From NCBI GenBank assembly GCA_964342815.1, contig CAYFHS010000011.1, forward strand, positions 591 to 64,590: a DNA stretch of 64,000 bases, read 5' to 3'. Numbering within the stretch: the first letter of the stretch is position 1; every line of letters starts with the position of its first letter. The translations under genes and the position numbers were made by a program. A model generated the notes under the pieces. The model was given only the letters and a program-made list of their open reading frames with translations, had not been told where the DNA came from and made no database searches. The DNA comes from an uncultured archaeon (GTDB lineage Archaea; Thermoplasmatota; Penumbrarchaeia; JASLWR01). Shown here one piece after another: positions 37,459-46,672 of this stretch.

Positions 37459-40400
37459 TTAAAACCAGTCCTCTAATTCACTATCATCAACCCATTCCTC
37501 TTCCACCCAAACATTGTCATATTCCTTCTCGTAGTCCACCTCGCCCCATTCCTCAATTTCTTCGGGCTCATCTTCGAGCATTTCACCCCATTCCTCAATT
37601 TCCTCGGGCTCATCTTCGATCACCTTGTCCCATTCTTCAATGTATTCTTCAACTTCTTCTATCCATCCCTCCCCCGTGAGAATTTCATCCTCCTCGTCCT
37701 CAATCCATCCATCTTCCATATCGAAGCTTTCCCCCTCTCCAGTCCAATCATCCATTTCTTCTTCATCCTCGATCCATTCTCCTTCCTCTTCAGGAATTTC
37801 GTCCACATCCTCAATCCACCCTTCCCCCTTTGTGAACATTTCATCCACCTCCTCAATCAGTCCCTCCTCCTCAGCATGGGTTTCTTTCTCATCCTCGATC
37901 CATCCAGTCTCCCCTACAAAGGTGTCCGCCTCATATTCTATCCAATCTTCCTCCCCTGTAAGCATTTCGTCCACCTTCTCGATCAGCTCCGCTTCCTCCG
38001 TGGGCATTTCGTCCACCTCACTCACACCTTTCATCTTTTTGACCTTTTTCCGCCTTTTATATTCCTCTTTCACCACCACGGCAATTTCCTCAGGCAGTTC
38101 CGTTTTTCCACTTTTTTCTTCGACGACCTCCTCTTCGGTTTTCTCGATTTTTCCGGTAGCCGATCTCTCTTCTCGTTTCTTGTAGTATTGGAAAAGACCG
38201 ATCCCCACAATAAGGATCAAGACAACCACTGTGATGAATAAAATTAAGAACCACGTATTTTTTCCCATACCTTTATCCGCGGTCCAGTCACCCTCATCCG
38301 TATTAATATTCCCTACGGTAATGACCATTTCATACGTATCCGACTCACCGTCATCATCGGTTACCTTCAATTCAATGGAAAAAATTCCTTCTTTCAAAAA
38401 ACGATGTTCCAGGTAATCCCCGTAAGCTTTTGAGCCATCGACAAATGTCCACGTATAATTGAGGGAATCTAGGTCCGAGGGGGTATCCGACGTATTACCC
38501 GCATCAAATTCTATTACCTGATCTGCAGAAATTATCTGAGCCGAAGCCGAAAAATGAGCCTGGGGGGCAATATTCCGTATGATAAAACGCTGAGAGCTGT
38601 TGAAAGAGGCTCCGTCGTCGTCAGTTAAATTCATCGATATTATGACCGGCCCGGCTAGGGGGATGGAAAAAGATACGTTCCTGCCGGATCCCACGGCGAC
38701 ATTATCCGCAAGCCAGACAACCTTCAACGAGGGGAGGTCCGAGGGTGTGTCGTAAATATCTTCAACCTCGATTACTATTCTTTCATCCTCGACATACAAC
38801 ATTTTCTTGGGCGTAAAACCACCCGATGGGGCCACATTAACGATTTTTATATTCATACTGGCATTTGCGGTATCGTTGTTGTTATCCCTTACCTGGAATA
38901 CTACATCGTATTCGCTTGAAAGTGTATAGCTGTGGTTAATTTCTGCGTCAACGGCCCAATTCGAGATATTTCCGTCCCCGAATTTCCATCGGTACATGAG
39001 AGAATTAATATCGGACGGGGAATCGTCCCCGGTACCGTCGAATCGAAAAATCTCATCTTCATTTATCGTCGTATTGTTCAGGAGAGGATCTATCTGTGCC
39101 ATGGGTGGATGATTTAATATCGTGACGTTCATGAACTCGTATGCCTGAAGTCCTTCATCATCCATTACAAACAGGGTTGCCTCGTACGTTCCCTTTTCCG
39201 GGTACGCGTGACCGGCGATGGCATTGTTTTCCCAGTCGGTGGAATTTCCGTCTCCGAAATCCCACCTGTATAGTAGAGAATACCTGTCCGACGGTGTATC
39301 GTTGCCGTATCCAGTAAATAGTAGATAACGCTCCTCGTAATCCTCGATGTCCTCCATTGTATGACATACCGGTGGTGAGTTCTTAACTGTTATATTTTTC
39401 GCTACCGAAATGGTGGTCCCCCCGTCGTCTCTTACCCGCATATTGACGGTATAATTTCCGTTGTCCGCATATCTATGCGTTACGTTCGGACCGTAGATAT
39501 TCTGGCTACCATCCCCGAAATCCCATGTCCAGTTCACCACTGTACCATCGGAATCCGAGAATGTCGATCGAAAAAGAACCTTTTCATCAACATCCGGAGT
39601 TACCGGGTCATATGAAAAGTTCGCAACAGGGGGTACGTTGCCCTTCCACGTGAGAACAGTGATGGAATGAGGTGGAAGCGTCAGCGAGTAATTAAATGTA
39701 AAATCGTCCAGATCGTACCGAGCGATAGAAACGTTCTCTGCTTTTCCTTCATTGTGATCATATATGTCCGGAGAAGCCAGCACATATTTCTTTGCCGCAG
39801 ACCCAGGGTTTGTCTCGACGTCGAGCCGTACAACCTGATCGAGGGTTCTGTGAAGGTTATACAGTATAAGGGACCCGTTCTTTTCATTCTTGAAGGCGAA
39901 GGAATGAACATATGAAACATTCATCTGCTGTGATATGCCGTTTATAGGCAGCTGTACCCATTTTGCTTCGTCATAGGAATGTACTGTCCGAGTCATATCG
40001 CCGAATATAGCTTTATTTGCGATCTCAACAGATAACCATGTTGGTCTCTTATTTTTAGTTCGGTCCAGGTCCCGGAGCATACCCCAAAGTTTCACATATT
40101 CGCTTGGGTTCGTATTGTACCTGTATGAATACTGCCAGCTGGAGAACGCGGTCTGATCCTTTATGCCCAGATATTTCAAGTAAGTGAGCATGGTGTACGA
40201 AAGAGAAATTCCGCCTCCCTGTCCGGCCACCACCTTGTTACGTACGTCCTCCGGTGGATCGGTGGCATGGGTGGTATGGAAATTTATCTCATATATCACG
40301 GGCTCTGTATCGTGCCCACCTGATCTTATATTGTCAACTCCTTCCTTGAAAGCTCCTCCATTGGTGTATTCGGTTGGAAGTGCATATAGAGAGCCGAAGA

Positions 40401-40533
40401 TCCCCTCCGTCGAGGAATAACTTGGGATGCTTCCGTAATAGTAAGGAGCAAGTGCCGTGCAATCATGATTCTCGCTCGATGCCTCTATCTCGACCTGTCT
40501 CCCGGAATAACCGGATTGGCCGCCAATGACCAG
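37459..40533 (-). CDS. C-terminal 1024 codons of an interrupted 1560-codon glycosidase/PKD surface protein (5 PKD domains, TM, hyper-acidic tail)
   Basis: The track ORF is 37459..40299, but the frame is open up to 40533, directly abutting the TAA of ORF 40534..42141 in the same frame. PKD motifs (WDFGDGS, YRWDFGDGN, YRWKFGDGN, YTWTFVDGS). TM WFLILFITVVVLILIVGIGLF. Tail with GWIEDE / EEWGE repeats. Confidence 0.8.
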   Translation of the reverse strand: MVIGGQSGYSGRQVEIEASSENHDCTALAPYYYGSIPSYSSTEGIFGSLYALPTEYTNGGAFKEGVDNIRSGGHDTEPVIYEINFHTTHATDPPEDVRNKVVAGQGGGISLSYTMLTYLKYLGIKDQTAFSSWQYSYRYNTNPSEYVKLWGMLRDLDRTKNKRPTWLSVEIANKAIFGDMTRTVHSYDEAKWVQLPINGISQQMNVSYVHSFAFKNEKNGSLILYNLHRTLDQVVRLDVETNPGSAAKKYVLASPDIYDHNEGKAENVSIARYDLDDFTFNYSLTLPPHSITVLTWKGNVPPVANFSYDPVTPDVDEKVLFRSTFSDSDGTVVNWTWDFGDGSQNIYGPNVTHRYADNGNYTVNMRVRDDGGTTISVAKNITVKNSPPVCHTMEDIEDYEERYLLFTGYGNDTPSDRYSLLYRWDFGDGNSTDWENNAIAGHAYPEKGTYEATLFVMDDEGLQAYEFMNVTILNHPPMAQIDPLLNNTTINEDEIFRFDGTGDDSPSDINSLMYRWKFGDGNISNWAVDAEINHSYTLSSEYDVVFQVRDNNNDTANASMNIKIVNVAPSGGFTPKKMLYVEDERIVIEVEDIYDTPSDLPSLKVVWLADNVAVGSGRNVSFSIPLAGPVIISMNLTDDDGASFNSSQRFIIRNIAPQAHFSASAQIISADQVIEFDAGNTSDTPSDLDSLNYTWTFVDGSKAYGDYLEHRFLKEGIFSIELKVTDDDGESDTYEMVITVGNINTDEGDWTADKGMGKNTWFLILFITVVVLILIVGIGLFQYYKKREERSATGKIEKTEEEVVEEKSGKTELPEEIAVVVKEEYKRRKKVKKMKGVSEVDEMPTEEAELIEKVDEMLTGEEDWIEYEADTFVGETGWIEDEKETHAEEEGLIEEVDEMFTKGEGWIEDVDEIPEEEGEWIEDEEEMDDWTGEGESFDMEDGWIEDEEDEILTGEGWIEEVEEYIEEWDKVIEDEPEEIEEWGEMLEDEPEEIEEWGEVDYEKEYDNVWVEEEWVDDSELEDWF
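37544..37620 (-). repeat. 42-bp tandem duplication inside the acidic-tail coding region
   Basis: CCCCATTCCTCAATTTC[T/C]TCGGGCTCATCTTCGA occurs at 37544 and 37586 (period 42 nt = 14 aa). Protein EPEEIEEWGEMLED / EPEEIEEWGEVDYE. Confidence 0.85.
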
Positions 40534-42141
40534 TTATATGTCATCGGGATCGAAATATTGGTTCTGGCGCATAAGGCCGAAACGGTCATTTGCTATGCTT
40601 CCAAGACGTATGCCGCCGTTCAGTGATGCACCGCCGAAGGGATCCGAACCGCTGCCGCCGCCCCACAGTTCGTTCCCGAATTCCAGCCTTATTGTTTCGA
40701 ATACTTCCGTCCAGGGATCGATTTGACCCGAAGCCGCTCTTTTTGATCCGTAAGGAGTAGAGTTCGGACCTGCCAGATAATCTATCAGCTCGCTCAATTC
40801 CAGCTCAGAAAGAGTGGGAGGTATTACCAGCCAAACAGATGCATCGACTTCGTTTGCAAGCTCCAGAAACTCATGCATTGAATACGAGAGGCTTTCCGCC
40901 TTCCTGCTTCCTATTCGATATCCCTGGTTTCGCCGTCCGGCCGAAGGGTCTGTGAATTCCTCGAGGCTGATCCCCAGCTGTCCGTACCATCCACGCAGGA
41001 TTCCCGGATTCAGCTCCTTTAAATGGCTGACCACGGTATCGCTGAAGATCGTCGGGTTGGTCTGATTTCTCTTACCCAGGAACATATCGTCCAGCCAAAT
41101 TCGACCCCCATTGCCGAGATTTCGCGTCTCCACTATCAGATCCAAAGCTCCTTTGAAATCACCTGCGGCGTAGTCCTTGTCTTCATCCAGGCCAACAGGC
41201 ACTGAAAAATTAATTGTGTGTTTTTTCCAGAAATTTGAAAGTGTAAAAGTCTGAGATGCAAACGGGGGCCATACACCTTCCCGGAAAAGTTCTACATGTA
41301 CTTTGTCACCATCATTCTCACCTCTGGCCCATAGTGATATGTTCCAATCTCCTTTTACGATGACTCCCTTTCCGCCGGTGACATCCCCGTCGCGGTAGGC
41401 CGTGTCCATGTAATATGCCAGACGGGTATCGGTGCCAAGTCGTATCGACTGTTCGCCATGAGTACCGGGCCGGTTCTCGTTCGGCTCGAAAAGAATATCT
41501 CCATCTCCGCTTACGCTCCAGGGGCTTGCCGGGCTGGCGTTTATCGTCAACAAATAATTACTGTCGAACTTTTTTCTGACCATCATCACATCCAGGTCAT
41601 TCGGCACTGGTAAAGAATGGTCCAGAACAAATGTTGGTCTGGATACTGCCTGGGAATCTTTTGTATAGTTAAAACCTGCAATGGTCCCATTATGACCTTT
41701 CGCATTCCCGTAAACGAACTCGTACTCTCCTCCGGTCCAGAAATCTGCTGGCTGCCCGGCTCCGCTTACATCGTTGTTCCAGCTACCGTTCCAGAAATCC
41801 TGCATCACTGCTGTTGAATTACTGCCATCGGAGCGGAGAAGGATGTTGGAAGACATATAGGCAGCTTCGAATCCCGGATTGGATATCAGGTTCTTTAAAG
41901 CGGTCAGTGAATCGCCCCACCTGGACCGCGCTCCGATGTTTATACCTAGTCGATTCACTTCATCCTGCAAGATATCATCAGTTACGGTAACAGTGGTTAC
42001 AGGAGTTTCATCCCGTGAGTTCTCATTAGAGAATTCGGTTATTCTTTCACGCGGATATGCTTTTATGGGAATTATTAAAATCGTGAGCAATAAGAATGCA
42101 ATAATCATAGTATGGATATATCGAGGATATCTTATTTTCAT
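40534..42141 (-). CDS. N-terminal 535 codons of the same interrupted gene: signal anchor + clan GH-A-like (GH51-like) TIM-barrel region
   Basis: MKIRYPRYIHTMIIAFLLLTILIIPIKA signal anchor. LEFGNELWG resembles the GH-A acid/base NE motif. Ends at TAA 40534..40536, in frame with the downstream ORF. Confidence 0.75.
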   Translation of the reverse strand: MKIRYPRYIHTMIIAFLLLTILIIPIKAYPRERITEFSNENSRDETPVTTVTVTDDILQDEVNRLGINIGARSRWGDSLTALKNLISNPGFEAAYMSSNILLRSDGSNSTAVMQDFWNGSWNNDVSGAGQPADFWTGGEYEFVYGNAKGHNGTIAGFNYTKDSQAVSRPTFVLDHSLPVPNDLDVMMVRKKFDSNYLLTINASPASPWSVSGDGDILFEPNENRPGTHGEQSIRLGTDTRLAYYMDTAYRDGDVTGGKGVIVKGDWNISLWARGENDGDKVHVELFREGVWPPFASQTFTLSNFWKKHTINFSVPVGLDEDKDYAAGDFKGALDLIVETRNLGNGGRIWLDDMFLGKRNQTNPTIFSDTVVSHLKELNPGILRGWYGQLGISLEEFTDPSAGRRNQGYRIGSRKAESLSYSMHEFLELANEVDASVWLVIPPTLSELELSELIDYLAGPNSTPYGSKRAASGQIDPWTEVFETIRLEFGNELWGGGSGSDPFGGASLNGGIRLGSIANDRFGLMRQNQYFDPDDI

Positions 42142-42191
42142 ATAATTCGCCCCATAGTTGCTTTATCCTCTCCACGATCCAGGCTTTTTAA

Positions 42192-43067
42192 TTATAATGC
42201 CCTGAGAAATTCCGGTTTGAATCTCCCGCTCTTCATTGCTTTATCGATATTTGCGAGTATTCTTTCCTTATCCACCGGCAGAACACCCCCGATAGGGGCG
42301 TAATTGGATGCGTGATTCGCCCTAAAAACCGTATTTGTAACGTCGATCCCTTCTACAATACTGTGTAATTCCTCCAAGACCTGCTGTGGGTTCAACAGGG
42401 TCAGATTACCAGACCGTACTTCCTTTATAATCTCCGAGTTGGGTTCAACCATCAGGGTGAGGGCTGCCGCATACTCCGGGTCCTGCGCAGAGATCACCCT
42501 TGCAGTCTCTCTTGCATGAACCTCGGACAACTCGGTCCCGCCAAGTCCCAGTATGAATATCACCGATAGTTTCAGCCCGGCCTCCCTCACCTTCTTGGCA
42601 GTTTCTATCATCAAAGCGGACTTTGCACCCTTTTTTATTTTTCGTAATACTTCGTCGCTCCCGGATTCTAAACCGAAATAAACAAGATCCAAACCCTTTT
42701 CCTTCAATTTTCTGAGTTCGTTAACGGATTTTTTTCGTATATCGAGTGGCCCCCCATAAATAGAAACCCTCTCGAGTATGTGAAATTTCCCATAAAGGTA
42801 GTCCAGTATCGACGCAAGCTCCTCGGTGGGCATGGCCAGAGCGTTGCCGTCGGCGAGGAATATCCGCTGAACGTCTACGTAGTACGGAAATATTTTATCC
42901 ACATCCCGCTGGATCTCCCGAAGGCTTTTGACCCTGTACTCTTTATCGGTAAATGCCACGCAGAAGGTGCATCGGTTCCATGAGCAGCCGATGGTGGCCT
43001 GGAGTATCAGGCAGTACGCCTCTGAAGGCGGCCGGAATACTGCTCCTTCGTAAATGTCGGCGATCAT
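42192..43067 (-). CDS. Radical SAM domain protein
   Basis: 291 aa. Cys cluster GCSWNRCTFC near the N-terminus. LADGNAL, YFGLESGSDEVL (GGE-like) motifs. Confidence 0.8.
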   Translation of the reverse strand: MIADIYEGAVFRPPSEAYCLILQATIGCSWNRCTFCVAFTDKEYRVKSLREIQRDVDKIFPYYVDVQRIFLADGNALAMPTEELASILDYLYGKFHILERVSIYGGPLDIRKKSVNELRKLKEKGLDLVYFGLESGSDEVLRKIKKGAKSALMIETAKKVREAGLKLSVIFILGLGGTELSEVHARETARVISAQDPEYAAALTLMVEPNSEIIKEVRSGNLTLLNPQQVLEELHSIVEGIDVTNTVFRANHASNYAPIGGVLPVDKERILANIDKAMKSGRFKPEFLRAL

Positions 43068-43203
43068 TCGACGAACGAATATTCTTATGAGTAAAATAAT
43101 TTATCCGGTTGTTACCGGACTAATCAACTCGGACCGGGCTTTTCCACCGTTTTTCCCAAATATTTTTTATAGCATTTTCCTGATACCGAAAAGGGGTTTT
43201 GAT

Positions 43204-44595
43204 ATGGCAGATGCAGGCATGAAGAAGATGGTCGTTATCGGTATGGGATATGTCGGTATCCCGGCGGCTGCGCTGTTCGCGGACACGGGCAAGTACCAGG
43301 TGGTAGGAATTCAAAGACGTTCCGAACGGTCCGGGTGGAAGATCGACCATCTCAACAGCGGATTGAATCCCATTGGAGGAAATGAGCCCGGACTGGGAGA
43401 GCTGATTCACCGGGTTGTAAAGGAGAAAAAAAACTTCCGGGTAAGCGATGACTATTCAGAGATAATGAACGCCGATTTTGTATTGATAGACGTCCAAACC
43501 CCAACCGACCATGACCATGCCCCCCGCTATCTGTCGCTGAAGGAGGTTTCTGCCACTACCGGGCAGTACTTGAAAAACAGCAGCAGGAAACCTTTGGTGG
43601 TCATCGAATCCACTGTGGCCCCGGGAACGACCTCCAACATAGTTCTTCCGATACTGGAGCACGAGTCAGGAAAGGCCGTGGATGATGGTTTTTTTCTGGC
43701 TTTCGCCTACGAGAGGGTTATGGTGGGGAGGCTTATCCACAATATTGTCAATCTCGCGCGAATCGTGGGAGGGGCCACTGAAGAAAGCACGAAAAGAGGT
43801 ATGGAACTGTATGCGGATATCGTGAAAGCCCCGCGCCATGCCACCGATTCGCTTACGGCGGAAATAACAAAAGTGGTGGAAAATACTTATCGGGATGTGA
43901 ACATAGCCTTTGCAAACGAAGTTGCCCTCATTTGCGAGTCTCTGGGAGTTGACGCGTTCAAAGTCAGAGAACTGGTCAATACTCTGCCGTACGACCCGTC
44001 CAACCCGGCGGCGAATCCGGTGCGAAATTTACACATACCCGGAGCTGGCGTGGGCGGCCACTGCTTGCCGAAAGACCCGTGGCTTCTGATATGGGGTATG
44101 AACAACTACGGGAAGTTCAGCTTCACTCCCGAGGTAATTGTGAATTCAAGAAAAATAAATACATTCATGCCGGTCCACACGGCTGAGCTGGTGGAAAAGG
44201 GACTTGAAAGAGCGGGAATTCCGGCAGAGGGAGCGAAAATTGCGGTTCTGGGCTACGCATTTCTCGAGAACAGCGACGACACCAGGAACACTCCTGCGAA
44301 AGACGTTATTGAGCTTCTGATAGAGAAAGGGATGAAAGTAAGGCTTCATGACCCGCACGTCCGTGACGAAGAGCCCACGCCGGTGGAGATCGAGCGGGAC
44401 CTTTATGGGGTATTGGAAGACGCGCATGCTCTCGTGATCGTCACAAGACACAATGAGTATGAGCATCTGTACCTTGAAAAAGTCCGAGATCTAATGGCGG
44501 GGAACGTGTTCGTGGATGGGCGGAACGTGTACGTAAAGGAAGAGGTGGAAGGAAAGGGGTTTGTTTACTTGGGTGTTGGGAAGGATAATCGATAA
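43204..44595 (+). CDS. UDP-sugar 6-dehydrogenase family (UDP-ManNAc/UDP-glucose dehydrogenase)
   Basis: ORF 43054..44595. ATG 43204 gives MADAGMKKMVVIGMGYVGIPAAALFAD (Rossmann GxGxxG). Catalytic-Cys context GGHCLPKD. Confidence 0.9.
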   Translation: MADAGMKKMVVIGMGYVGIPAAALFADTGKYQVVGIQRRSERSGWKIDHLNSGLNPIGGNEPGLGELIHRVVKEKKNFRVSDDYSEIMNADFVLIDVQTPTDHDHAPRYLSLKEVSATTGQYLKNSSRKPLVVIESTVAPGTTSNIVLPILEHESGKAVDDGFFLAFAYERVMVGRLIHNIVNLARIVGGATEESTKRGMELYADIVKAPRHATDSLTAEITKVVENTYRDVNIAFANEVALICESLGVDAFKVRELVNTLPYDPSNPAANPVRNLHIPGAGVGGHCLPKDPWLLIWGMNNYGKFSFTPEVIVNSRKINTFMPVHTAELVEKGLERAGIPAEGAKIAVLGYAFLENSDDTRNTPAKDVIELLIEKGMKVRLHDPHVRDEEPTPVEIERDLYGVLEDAHALVIVTRHNEYEHLYLEKVRDLMAGNVFVDGRNVYVKEEVEGKGFVYLGVGKDNR

Positions 44596-44654
44596 TTATA
44601 AGTGATAAGAATCTTTCTTTTCCTGCAGTTTAATTATTTTCTTCCGAGAATTAT

Positions 44655-45638
44655 TCATCGATTTTTTTCAATGTCCTTCATCACCACCGTCATTCCAAGG
44701 TAATAAACAAAGGCTATTAGCATCATTATCATCAAAACAATCCCTATCGCCATGAAGCTGTGAACCATTATTACGTGGACCAGAAACCCTGTAGAAACTG
44801 TAATTCCAACGGCAGCCCGGTGTATGTTTTCCTTTTTAACGAAGACGTTTATGAACTTTATCAACACAAGACCGAAACCGATAAGATACGGCAGGAAAAA
44901 GAGGTCGGCGAGAAGTTTAATCAACGCCATGTTAAAGGTCCGCCCACTGTCTCCGAATCCCAATCGGTACCCGCTTCCCGCCTTGTACGTTAAAAGATGG
45001 AACGGCAACTTGAAGTCATGATATGAGCTGAAATTTAGCGTTCGCGAGGGATCCGCATAGTTCATAATATTTGATCCCGATTGCTTGACCGGCGGGTGGA
45101 TAAATCCCAGCAGGTGTCCCACTTCGTGTACTGCAATGGATCGAATCCTCTCGTTATCGTGTGTGTCGCCGGTCATAAACGAAGTGACCGTCATCACCGC
45201 AGATCGTGTCTCCACACTGGCTTGACCCCACCATGCACCACCATTGCGGTCTTCCCAGTTGTTTATTCTTTTATCGGTAACATATAGAATCACGTCCACT
45301 TCGTACTTATCAGTAAGAATTTCCGAACGACCTTCATCGAAGAAATCCGTGGTAAGCGAAAGATTATCCTGTACTTTCACACCCGACGAGTTGAAACGAT
45401 AATCTGTGATTATCTTGGATCGAAAATATTCCCTATGATACTCGAACCCCTCCTTGGCAAGATGCGCGTAGGTAATGTTGCAGTCGTCAACAAGAATGAT
45501 GCCGATGTCCATTTTCGGGTGGTATTTCACTACTCCGATATTTATCAAGGTAGGGATTACCAGGAATACCGCGAGCAATACCAATGTTTTCCGGTATAGA
45601 CCGTGATTCCCTTTTTGAGCCATATGAATAATATACAT
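44655..45638 (-). CDS. Membrane-bound metzincin-type zinc metalloprotease
   Basis: AVHEVGHLLGFIHP = HExxHxxGxxH. N-terminal TM anchor and several C-terminal TM helices. Confidence 0.7.
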   Translation of the reverse strand: MYIIHMAQKGNHGLYRKTLVLLAVFLVIPTLINIGVVKYHPKMDIGIILVDDCNITYAHLAKEGFEYHREYFRSKIITDYRFNSSGVKVQDNLSLTTDFFDEGRSEILTDKYEVDVILYVTDKRINNWEDRNGGAWWGQASVETRSAVMTVTSFMTGDTHDNERIRSIAVHEVGHLLGFIHPPVKQSGSNIMNYADPSRTLNFSSYHDFKLPFHLLTYKAGSGYRLGFGDSGRTFNMALIKLLADLFFLPYLIGFGLVLIKFINVFVKKENIHRAAVGITVSTGFLVHVIMVHSFMAIGIVLMIMMLIAFVYYLGMTVVMKDIEKNR

Positions 45639-45799
45639 AGCGATAATATTTAAAATGTCGTACTACAGGTAGACTGGAATTAGTATTCGGCGACCTTGCA
45701 CGATTGATTCTGTCCGCTTGAACGTTTCTGAATTCATGCTGAGGGATGCCATCGGGAGATTGTTTGGTTGGATAAACTGAAATATCTATGGTTTTTATC

Positions 45800-46018
45800 G
45801 ACAAATGTCCTCATTAACTACCTAACAAATGTTCCCCATACTGCCAGATAAATGTATTCTATCTGATTGAACAAATGTTCCATCATCTATGATATTGTAT
45901 CCATTCAAATCCAATTTTACTTTCACTAAGATTATTCGCGGCCAGTACTGATGTAATTTTACTTTCACTCACCTCCCTCCCCCCTGCTCACTGTTATATA
46001 CCCATTGAACATTTGTCC
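45800..46018. promoter_or_regulatory. Cluster of pseudo-palindromic sites ([G/T]AACA-AAT-GT[T/C]C) and a duplicated AATTTTACTTTCACT
   Basis: GACAAATGTCC 45800-45810; TAACAAATGTTCC 45823-45835; TTGAACAAATGTTCCA 45867-45882; TTGAACATTTGTCC 46005-46018 (inverted). AATTTTACTTTCACT at 45913-45927 and 45955-45969. Confidence 0.4.
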
Positions 46019-46079
46019 GTTTGTCAAGGGAATTCCGTTGCCCATGATCAACATCAAAAAGAAAAACGGGATTGATATA

Positions 46080-46502
46080 ATGAACAAGCGAAACAAGAAA
46101 CATAAATTGAATGAATTCAGAAAAAAACTAAAAGAAATCGAAAGAGAACAAACCGATAGGATCACGAAGGAAGAATCCAAACTATTACTTCACGTCCTGA
46201 TTTACAAGTTTGACGGCTTTGCTAGCCAACAGCAGATCATTAATGCTTACATGTCGTCAAAATACCATTGGGGTAATAAGAGAACATCAGTGGCACTTAA
46301 AACTCTGGCGGAGATCGGCGTGATCGACCGAACGAGGTCCGAATCTGATAACTGGACCCTTTTTTTCCTAGTTAAGGGCTTTCTGAAAGAATGTAAGGAA
46401 AGAATAGTCCAAGCTGGGCTAGCAATAAGGAAAAGGATGGTTTCTTATTTTTCGGCCGTTTTAACAATAAACCGTCCAGGTAAAACCCGAGCAGCAACCT
46501 AA
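46080..46502 (+). CDS. Hypothetical basic protein, possible winged-helix DNA-binding domain
   Basis: ORF 46005..46502. ATG 46080 gives MNKRNKKHK..., a Lys-rich N-terminus followed by about 90 aa compatible with wHTH (LKTLAEIGVIDRTR). Weak call. Confidence 0.35.
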   Translation: MNKRNKKHKLNEFRKKLKEIEREQTDRITKEESKLLLHVLIYKFDGFASQQQIINAYMSSKYHWGNKRTSVALKTLAEIGVIDRTRSESDNWTLFFLVKGFLKECKERIVQAGLAIRKRMVSYFSAVLTINRPGKTRAAT

Positions 46503-46672
46503 ATGGTTATGGTTTTTTGTATTCTAGAGTATACGTGTAAAGCCGTCCCATTCTGGCACGTCTTTACCAAGAAGTCAGTCCAAATGTTCCTGACTTTACG
46601 GCAAATGGATACTTCACCATTCTAAACATCATCTATCAGGTTGGATGAAATTGAACACCATCGGAACGGCCG

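Noticed and set aside
37625-38185. 186-aa Ser-rich ORF on the plus strand (similar shadows at 62669..63433, 56474..57055 and 61544..61768)
   Set aside because: These are mirror-frame shadows of GAx-rich acidic-tail coding sequence on the opposite strand. The composition is an artefact (TCx/TCC from GAG/GAA).
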